Source: Alphaproteobacteria bacterium MarineAlpha9_Bin7
GTDB lineage: Bacteria; Pseudomonadota; Alphaproteobacteria; UBA7887
DNA length: 33,255 bases
Reading direction: 5' to 3'
NCBI GenBank assembly: GCA_002938115.1
Contig: PTKD01000002.1
Coordinates: forward strand, 1 to 33,255
Of this stretch, positions 26,720-33,255 are shown piece by piece; positions within the stretch are counted from its first letter, which is position 1; each line of letters opens with the position of its first letter. Position numbers and translations under genes: made by a program. The notes under the pieces were generated by a model, which was not told where the DNA came from, ran no database searches, and saw only the letters and a program-made list of their open reading frames with translations.

Positions 26720-28664
26720 ATTGAGCCGCCTTCTTTGTTTTGCCCGTATCAACGTAGCGTGGCCACTCGCCGGCCACGATCGACTGGAGCGACAATCCCT
26801 CCTGACCTAACCGACTTCTATAAATTCCCAAATTGGTGAGTACTCGGCGAAGAAACCAGCGCGTCTCACGCGACGGAACGCTTTCTATAAACAAGAGCGG
26901 ATCGTCACGATAGTCCACTTCCTCCCTCCATCTCTTAAGCGTCGTAGGCCCGCTATTGTACGCAGCCAACGCAAATAATAAATCTCCGTCAAACACCTCA
27001 CTGCTTAATAAATGTCTAACATAACGCTGCCCAAGCTCAATGTTTAGTCGCCGTTCGTAAAGACTGTCCGCGTTGCCGTTGCCATGATAGCGATTCTTGC
27101 CGTCAACAAATGTTGCTGTCCGTGGCATCAATTGCATCAATCCGCGCGCACCCCGACGGCTTCGAGCACGTTCGTTGAAGATTGACTCCTGGCGCACAAG
27201 GGCGAGCAAAATCGCCTGGTCAACAAGGTAGCCGCTCTCTGGCTTCCAATTTGGTACAGGGTACAACGCTACTTCGTATGATCGACTAACTGCCTCCTCC
27301 AGCAATCCTCCAATTCTGATTTGCAGCGCAGGCAGATCGAGTGCCACCGCAAGGCGAAGAACTGCCTCCGAACGTTGAGTGTCGGCCTCCGGAAAATATT
27401 TGCGCAACTCGTCTTCAGCCAGCCGGTGCTTTCCCACTTCGACAAGTGCGATCGCACGCCGCACATGCTCAACCTTCAACAATTCTTCCAGATCCTTGGG
27501 ACGCAAACCCAGCGGAGCCCAATCAAACGGAGGCTGCACCCCCAACGAATTTAATGCAAGCAAGCCGTACAAAGTGCGCGGCGACTCTGCAGCCTGGCGC
27601 AGCATTACCTCAGCCAAACCATGCCGCCCCACGGCCGCATGGACGCGGGCTGCCCAGTATGCACCTCCCGCTCTTAAGAACTCATCACTAGTCTCAGCTG
27701 CCGCCAGGAATTGAAAAAAAGTCATCGCGGCATCCAAATACCCCAGTCGCCAAGCGGCAAGACCAGAAATCCAATAAGCCTCGGGCACATATTTTCCCGA
27801 TCTGCCGGCAGCACCTCCTGCAAATTTGAGCGCCTCCTCATCTTTGCCGTAGGCATAAAATCCGCGCCCAACATCGGCACTTAGACGGTCAAATACAGTC
27901 GGCGTCATCCAACTTTTTGTCTCGTATTCGGCAAGAACCCGCGATGCTGCCGTGGGCCTGCCGCGGCCAATCAATGATCGAACTGTGCTCGTTAATTTGG
28001 CAATACGCTTTTGTTGGGAAGCGCCCGATTGCCCACTGGACCGGCTAGCATCACCGTCTTCACGTTCTTCACCATAACCAGATAAATGGCCGCGCTTGTA
28101 TCTTCGAGGCTCCGGCGCACTCTGCGGCCGTCGTTTCATCGCCAAGCGGTATATGCGATAGGCATCTGGATGGTCCGCATAATCCTCTAACCAAGAGGCA
28201 AGTTCGTCAAACTTGGAGACGTAATCTGTGGGATGCATGTAACGTTGAAAACGCACGTAGCCAAGCAGGATATCGTCACTAAGCTTCTCTATAAGTGCAT
28301 CAGCAGCGGGCCACTGACCCAACTGTTGCAACTCATCAATCTCTCGATAAAATTTGACATCAACATCGGACAGAACTCTCGGTACATCGACCGACAAAAC
28401 AAGATCATAGGGCTCGTAGGTAAGTGCCGCCACTCGGATATGGTCGCCCGATTCAAACGGAATTCTGGTGTTATTCGAAGCGCCTGTACCGAGAAACAAT
28501 TCACGACCCGCAATGACGTTGGTGCCCGGTGACAACTCTGACGACACCACTCCCACGACTTGGCCAGTCGGCTCGGACACCGCCGCTCCAAGAGCCCAGT
28601 CCCCGCCCGACACCACCAAGGCGACACTCAATAAAGATCTTCGGATATTAAAGGATACGGGCAT
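26706..28664 (-). CDS. Soluble lytic murein transglycosylase (Slt family)
   Basis: A signal peptide runs from ATG 28664 (MPVSFNIRRSLLSVALVVSGG), with GGGGAG 7 nt upstream. A long helical-repeat U-domain follows. The C-terminal SLT catalytic domain has QESIFNERARSRRGARGLMQLMP and AAYNSGP. Confidence 0.85.
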   Translation of the reverse strand: MPVSFNIRRSLLSVALVVSGGDWALGAAVSEPTGQVVGVVSSELSPGTNVIAGRELFLGTGASNNTRIPFESGDHIRVAALTYEPYDLVLSVDVPRVLSDVDVKFYREIDELQQLGQWPAADALIEKLSDDILLGYVRFQRYMHPTDYVSKFDELASWLEDYADHPDAYRIYRLAMKRRPQSAPEPRRYKRGHLSGYGEEREDGDASRSSGQSGASQQKRIAKLTSTVRSLIGRGRPTAASRVLAEYETKSWMTPTVFDRLSADVGRGFYAYGKDEEALKFAGGAAGRSGKYVPEAYWISGLAAWRLGYLDAAMTFFQFLAAAETSDEFLRAGGAYWAARVHAAVGRHGLAEVMLRQAAESPRTLYGLLALNSLGVQPPFDWAPLGLRPKDLEELLKVEHVRRAIALVEVGKHRLAEDELRKYFPEADTQRSEAVLRLAVALDLPALQIRIGGLLEEAVSRSYEVALYPVPNWKPESGYLVDQAILLALVRQESIFNERARSRRGARGLMQLMPRTATFVDGKNRYHGNGNADSLYERRLNIELGQRYVRHLLSSEVFDGDLLFALAAYNSGPTTLKRWREEVDYRDDPLLFIESVPSRETRWFLRRVLTNLGIYRSRLGQEGLSLQSIVAGEWPRYVDTGKTKKAAQFAED

Positions 28665-28840
28665 ACCCAGGCTCCCCACTCCCCTGCAGGCTTCCCCTTT
28701 TCCGGTATAAGCTACGTTAGGCACTACAGCAAATGATCATTCAGGCACAGCAGACATGCGTTTTGGAAATGATCCAGTTTTGCTTTTATTGTTAGAGGTT
28801 TAAAGAAAATCTCTATGAAAACCAATCAAGAAAAAAATGA

Positions 28841-29710
28841 TCATATATCTTCCTCCAACACCTTACGGTCTGCCAGTCGAGCCCGAATCGAGACTAGATC
28901 CTGCCACGTTTCACGCTTTTGGTGACCTTTGCGCAATAAAAATGCTGGATGAAAAACTGCCGTAGCATCGACAGGGACACCACTGTCGTCAGGACAATAT
29001 TTATACCATTTGCCGCGTAAGCGAGTTATTCCCTCACTACGACTGAGCAAAGTTTTCGCAGCAATCCCTCCCACCAAAACTAGGACCCGAGGCCTAACTA
29101 AAGCAATGTGGCGCTGCACGAACGGCAAGCACAGAGCAATTTCTTCGTTGGTTGGGTTGCGATTCCCGGGCGGACGCCAAAATAGAATGTTACTTATGTA
29201 AGCTGATGTTCTATCCCGATCAATTGCAGCCAGCATTCGATCAAGTAAGTGCCCGGCTGCGCCAACAAACGGGACACCTTTTCTGTCCTCTTCTGCACCA
29301 GGCGCCTCGCCGACTAGCATCAAATCGGCACGCGGGTTGCCATCGGCAAAAACCGTGTTCATTGCTGTGCGTTTGAGCCCACATCCATCAAAAGTCTCTA
29401 CCGCCAAACGAAGTTGATTGAGATTCTGACTTGCCGCCGCAGAGAGATGCGCCTCCTCGGTATTCGGCACAGCCGTGCCAATACCGGAACGGATCAATGG
29501 CGGCCTATCGGATTTCGAACTGACCTCCCTCCGATCCACTGGGGCAGAATTTGCTCGGGGTTCATTTCCGTGAACGCCGTCGGGCATAAGGCGGTTGGAA
29601 GGGCTATCCTGAATTGACTCGTCGGCGCCAGCCTCAACAAGCCATGCCAGAGAAGAAAGTGTGTCCCAAGTACTCATCTGTAATGACGTAAATTGACTTG
29701 TCCCAACCAA
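28841..29710 (-). CDS. Uracil-DNA glycosylase family-4-like protein with a ~100-aa N-terminal extension
   Basis: Motif [27 protein letters not shown] and motif B FHPAFLLR. The N-terminal ~100 aa is low-complexity. The start is uncertain (TTG 29710 or ATG 29677). Confidence 0.85.
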   Translation of the reverse strand: MVGTSQFTSLQMSTWDTLSSLAWLVEAGADESIQDSPSNRLMPDGVHGNEPRANSAPVDRREVSSKSDRPPLIRSGIGTAVPNTEEAHLSAAASQNLNQLRLAVETFDGCGLKRTAMNTVFADGNPRADLMLVGEAPGAEEDRKGVPFVGAAGHLLDRMLAAIDRDRTSAYISNILFWRPPGNRNPTNEEIALCLPFVQRHIALVRPRVLVLVGGIAAKTLLSRSEGITRLRGKWYKYCPDDSGVPVDATAVFHPAFLLRKGHQKRETWQDLVSIRARLADRKVLEEDI

Positions 29711-29730
29711 AAGTTACGCAAGCTATTTTT

Positions 29731-29922
29731 CTAGATTTGACTATAGGGGATAGGCTTACCCTCCTTATCCGTTATTAGCTTGCCACTCTCCTCCTGGGTC
29801 GCCATGTACCTACCATGACCGACATGCGAGCCAACATATAACACTGGCTTGACCTTTTTGCCGTCGAACATTTTCTCCTGATTCTGGCTATTACGGCGAC
29901 TTGGATTGTTCTTACTTGTCAT
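29731..29922 (-). CDS. Small basic hypothetical protein (63 aa)
   Basis: ATG 29922 gives MTSKNNPSRRNSQNQEKMFDGKKVKPVLYVGSHVGHGRYMATQEESGKLITDKEGKPIPYSQI. I recognise no family. The longer 90-aa track version adds a hydrophobic, non-native-looking leader. This is supported only by the ORF and by the coding-free gap it fills. Confidence 0.35.
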   Translation of the reverse strand: MTSKNNPSRRNSQNQEKMFDGKKVKPVLYVGSHVGHGRYMATQEESGKLITDKEGKPIPYSQI

Positions 29923-30035
29923 AAATGCGATGCTCCTGCGTAAAATGCTAACGAGTGGTAGGAATGATACCCTATAATAGAAACACTCTACCGCGACACG
30001 CAAATGTCGTGGGCGCTCGGATAAGATCCGCCTCT

Positions 30036-31895
30036 ATGAAGGTGTTTTGCTTGAAGCTGCTCAATCCGTCAACCTCACGAAGGTCCGAAACGGGGCACAC
30101 ATTGGCAATTCCCCGTTGTGATCGTCCAGTTACTCGAAACACCACGCGTGGAATGCTGGCGGGATTGGTCCTTTTGTATACCGGCGGATGCGGAACGCCC
30201 AGCACCGAAGAGAATATCTCTGCACTAGAAGTTGAAGGCAAAGATCCGGCAATTCTTGTGCACGCGCCTCACCCGACCGCACTGCCAAAATCTGCCGTCG
30301 GGGGTTATTTGGCAGGCCGACACGCAAGAAACGTATACGATTCAGAGGCCGCATCCGTATTCTATAACCGAGCGCTGGAATCAGACCCCAATAATCCAGA
30401 GCTTCTCCGGCGCACCTTAACTGCGATGGTAGGGGAAGGACGGATTGTCGAAAGCCTGCCGTTGGCCAATCGCTTAGTTGGCATGAAAGTTATGGATCCT
30501 ACCGCATTCCTCAGTCTTGCTACCCACCAGGTCCGGGCCAACGAATTCCAAGCGGCACGGCACCAATTAACGTCGCTTCCCAAAACCGGGTTTTATCCAT
30601 ACCTCAAATCACTACTGATCGCTTGGACAGTTGCAGGCGACGGGGAAGGAGACTCCGCGCTCGAAAAACTGAAGTTCCTGTTAGAATCGTCAAATTTTTC
30701 TGCGACACACGATTATCATGCGGGCTTAATCGCCGATTTATTCGGTATGAACGATGCGGCTCACGCAACCTACCGATCCGCGGTCACCTCCGTGAGGGGA
30801 CCGCGACTGAGGTCAGTCCTGGCGGCGGGTTCGTTCTATGAGCGAAATGGGAGACCGGAAGAGGCACGTCGCCTGTACGAGGACTTCCCAAACGCCGGTC
30901 CAGAAACCACTGCGCTGGATACAGCGCTGAAGCGCCTTCAAAGCGGCCACGTCGCCTTACCGTTTGTCAATGATGCTAGGCAAGGATACGCGGAAGCACT
31001 TTTCGAGATAGCTGCCTCGTTTTTCAAAGATCGTGCGTATGAGCCGGCCTTGATCTACGTGCAAATGGCCCTCCACGTTCGTCCCGACCTTGACGTTGGT
31101 CGTATCCTGCTCGCTGATATATACGTTGCAACGGAGCACTACGTGGATGCTGTCGGAGCTTTTCGTGAGGTGTCTCCGGAATCACCTTTCCGCTGGTCTG
31201 CCCGAATACGACTGGCTAACGCCCTCAATCAAGCAGGTGAACTAGATCAAGCAAGCAAAGAACTAAGAGCGTTGGCAACCGAGCGCACAGAACGCGCCGA
31301 CCCCCTGATGGCGCTCGCAGATTTATTTCGCTCCGAAGAAAGATACAAAGACGCCGTCTCTGTATATGACGAGGCTATTGAACGTATAGCCAAAATTCAG
31401 CAGCACCATTGGACTTTATTCTATGCACGGGGAATGTCTCTGGAACGCATCGGCCAGTGGCCAAGGGCAGAATCGGATCTACTCCGCGCCCTTGAGCTTC
31501 AACCAGATCAGCCGCTGGTCCTAAATTACCTTGGCTATTCCTGGGTAGATATGGGCATGCGACTGTCTGAGGCACGTTCAATGATCGAGAGGGCAGTGGC
31601 TCAACGACCCAATGATGGTTACATCGTCGATAGTTTGGGTTGGGTCCTATATCAACTTGAAGACTTCGAAGCAGCTCTAGTTCATCTTGAACGCGCAGTT
31701 GAATTGCGGCCTAACGATCCTGTGATCACCGATCATTATGCCGACGCCCTGTGGCAAACAGGGCGTCACTCGGAGGCACGTTTTCAATGGCGCCGTGCCT
31801 TATCTTTGGACCCTGATTCAAGTTTAGCGGAATCGGTCGAGAAAAAATTACAGCGTGACCTGCCGGACAAGCTTCGGACAACGAACAAGTCTTGA
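30036..31895 (+). CDS. TPR-repeat (lipo)protein
   Basis: Multiple TPR-like units (e.g. AASVFYNRALESDPNNPE, RALELQPDQPLVLNYLGYSW, LERAVELRPNDPVITDHYADALW). The N-terminus contains MLAGLVLLYTGGCGTP, a possible lipobox. The start is uncertain: ATG 30036, TTG 30102 or ATG 30153. The track start 29955 overlaps the divergent small ORF. Confidence 0.8.
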   Translation: MKVFCLKLLNPSTSRRSETGHTLAIPRCDRPVTRNTTRGMLAGLVLLYTGGCGTPSTEENISALEVEGKDPAILVHAPHPTALPKSAVGGYLAGRHARNVYDSEAASVFYNRALESDPNNPELLRRTLTAMVGEGRIVESLPLANRLVGMKVMDPTAFLSLATHQVRANEFQAARHQLTSLPKTGFYPYLKSLLIAWTVAGDGEGDSALEKLKFLLESSNFSATHDYHAGLIADLFGMNDAAHATYRSAVTSVRGPRLRSVLAAGSFYERNGRPEEARRLYEDFPNAGPETTALDTALKRLQSGHVALPFVNDARQGYAEALFEIAASFFKDRAYEPALIYVQMALHVRPDLDVGRILLADIYVATEHYVDAVGAFREVSPESPFRWSARIRLANALNQAGELDQASKELRALATERTERADPLMALADLFRSEERYKDAVSVYDEAIERIAKIQQHHWTLFYARGMSLERIGQWPRAESDLLRALELQPDQPLVLNYLGYSWVDMGMRLSEARSMIERAVAQRPNDGYIVDSLGWVLYQLEDFEAALVHLERAVELRPNDPVITDHYADALWQTGRHSEARFQWRRALSLDPDSSLAESVEKKLQRDLPDKLRTTNKS

Positions 31896-31899
31896 TATT

Positions 31900-32799
31900 T
31901 TGGTACGGTCACGCGAAAGCGTCGTTACTGTCGAGGCGCCCGCGAAAATAAATCTTTATTTACATGTAACCGGGCAAAGGCCGAACGGATATCACGACTT
32001 GGACAGTGTCATCGTATTTACTACAGTTCATGACGTGATCACTGTGACTCCACACGATACATTAACTGTACAACTCAGCGGTCCGTTCGGGAATCACCTA
32101 GCTGGCCTATCCAACAATAACCTAGCCATTAGGGCAGCGCAGTTATTGGCAGAATTGGTCGGGATTCCGGCCAAGGCTAAGATCACCTTAAACAAGATCC
32201 TTCCAGTTTCAGCAGGACTCGGAGGAGGTTCAGCGGACGCGGCTGCCGTCCTCCGTGCACTGTGCCGGCTCTGGTTGGTCTGCCCAAGTGAAAAAGAGCT
32301 TGCAGCAGTTGCTCTAACGCTTGGTGCGGACGTCCCGGTCTGTCTAAAGGGCTGCGCAGCCCACGTGAGCGGTATCGGAGAAGTAATAAAACCCCTCAAA
32401 CTCGGCGCAGCCCCAGCGGCCGTGGTGCTGGTCAATCCGGGGCTCCCTCTCTCCACCAAAACTGTCTTCGAAGCCCACCGCGGTCCATACAGTTCACCTA
32501 GGCCTTTTAATTTCTTGCCCAGTAACATTCATGATTTGGCCCGCAGTCTCGCCCAACGATCGAATGACTTGACGGACGCTGCAAGAACATTATGCCCAGA
32601 GATTGACGAAGTGCTAAACGCTCTGAATAGAACCGCTGGTTGTCAACTTGCTCGCCTTACGGGCAGCGGCCCCAGTTGTTTCGGACTGTTTGACGGGATA
32701 AAAGACGCGAAAACAGCGGCGACACAAATTTCAGCGTTAAAAACGGATTGGTGGGTAAAACACACCGGCCTTGTGGCCGATGTGACGACCTTGGCCTAA
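31900..32799 (+). CDS. ispE: 4-diphosphocytidyl-2-C-methyl-D-erythritol kinase
   Basis: EAPAKINLYLHVTGQRPNGYHDLDS and the GHMP kinase motif PVSAGLGGGSADAAAV. TTG 31900 lies just after the TPR stop. The track start GTG 31855 would overlap the TPR gene by 41 nt. Confidence 0.93.
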   Translation: MVRSRESVVTVEAPAKINLYLHVTGQRPNGYHDLDSVIVFTTVHDVITVTPHDTLTVQLSGPFGNHLAGLSNNNLAIRAAQLLAELVGIPAKAKITLNKILPVSAGLGGGSADAAAVLRALCRLWLVCPSEKELAAVALTLGADVPVCLKGCAAHVSGIGEVIKPLKLGAAPAAVVLVNPGLPLSTKTVFEAHRGPYSSPRPFNFLPSNIHDLARSLAQRSNDLTDAARTLCPEIDEVLNALNRTAGCQLARLTGSGPSCFGLFDGIKDAKTAATQISALKTDWWVKHTGLVADVTTLA

Positions 32800-32811
32800 G
32801 CAGCCTTCCTA

Positions 32812-33225
32812 CTACAAGGAAGTATTCACTCGAAAACTGGGGCGGCTCAGAATGTAACCGGCAACAATGACCATCAATGTGCCGGCCACCCCCGACCAGA
32901 GCCAGCCCTCAAAGGAATAAGTAATCACACACCAACTGATACTCATTACTGTGACTGCAAGTGCCTTTGCTTTTCGCGGAATGACGCCGTGGGCAGTCCA
33001 ATTCTGCAGAGTAGGTCCGAAAAGGCGGTGGTGGTACAGCCATCTGTGAAATCGTTCAGAGCTCTGCGAGAATGACCACAATGCAATAATGAGAAAAATA
33101 GTAGTTGGCAGACCCGGCACAATGATGCCTACAACTCCAACCACGACGTTAAAACAGCCGAAAACAATTAGAATGGCTTTGAAAGCGCGATGCACACCAA
33201 AGTGCCTTTTTGAATTTGCATCCAA
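32812..33225 (-). CDS. ybaN: YbaN/DUF454 family inner-membrane protein
   Basis: 137 aa. GIIVPGLPTTIFLIIALWSFSQSSERFHRWL...H and a C-terminal pair of TM helices match the DUF454 layout. Confidence 0.8.
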   Translation of the reverse strand: MDANSKRHFGVHRAFKAILIVFGCFNVVVGVVGIIVPGLPTTIFLIIALWSFSQSSERFHRWLYHHRLFGPTLQNWTAHGVIPRKAKALAVTVMSISWCVITYSFEGWLWSGVAGTLMVIVAGYILSRPSFRVNTSL

Positions 33226-33255
33226 TGGCGTCGGTGATGCTGAGTCTAACTCTTC

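Noticed and set aside
32094-32528. 144-aa ORF antisense to ispE
   Set aside because: It is an Ala/Ser/Pro/Arg-rich shadow frame of a well-supported gene.

Overview
This window looks like ordinary, densely packed core chromosome of an alphaproteobacterium. The lineage call rests on a CcrM-type GANTC methyltransferase, a stand-alone F0 operon atpI-a-c-b'-b, split gcvPA/gcvPB, the mutY/DUF721/dsbA/smc synteny and a TPR gene next to ispE. I support about 37 protein genes and one cis-regulatory RNA, a tandem glycine riboswitch upstream of gcvTH-PA-PB. The ORF track mistranslates that riboswitch as an 80-aa ORF and as an N-terminal extension of gcvT. I also call two sigma70-like promoters.

Gene content in order:
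- M16 peptidase, a TusA-like protein and a GNAT acetyltransferase (tightly coupled)
- yqgE/algH-like gene
- ScsB/DsbD-type reductase and a Prx5 peroxiredoxin
- rnhA, thrB
- a two-motif CDGSH protein and an orphan lipoprotein
- the glycine cleavage operon
- the F0 ATP synthase operon
- smc, a DsbA-like gene, a DUF721/DciA-like gene, mutY, ccrM, rnhB
- a PA0069-type radical SAM gene, then a GT2 plus DUF2064 pair
- moaB, slt, a family-4-like UDG, a small orphan ORF, a TPR lipoprotein, ispE, ybaN

I found no tRNA or rRNA, no CRISPR array, and no transposase, integrase or phage genes. I found no long repeats, no obvious composition island and no recognisable defence or toxin-antitoxin module. I therefore cannot point to a clearly novel system.

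The best candidates for unexplored biology are these:
- the radical-SAM/rnhB unit lying divergent to the GT2-DUF2064 pair
- the CDGSH-lipoprotein overlap
- the UDG-like protein that lacks two Fe-S cysteines
- several small regulatory-looking motifs: GANTC clusters at ccrM and mutY, direct repeats on the atp promoter, and two perfect palindromes

Several start codons given by the ORF track are probably too far upstream. Alternatives are given per feature.
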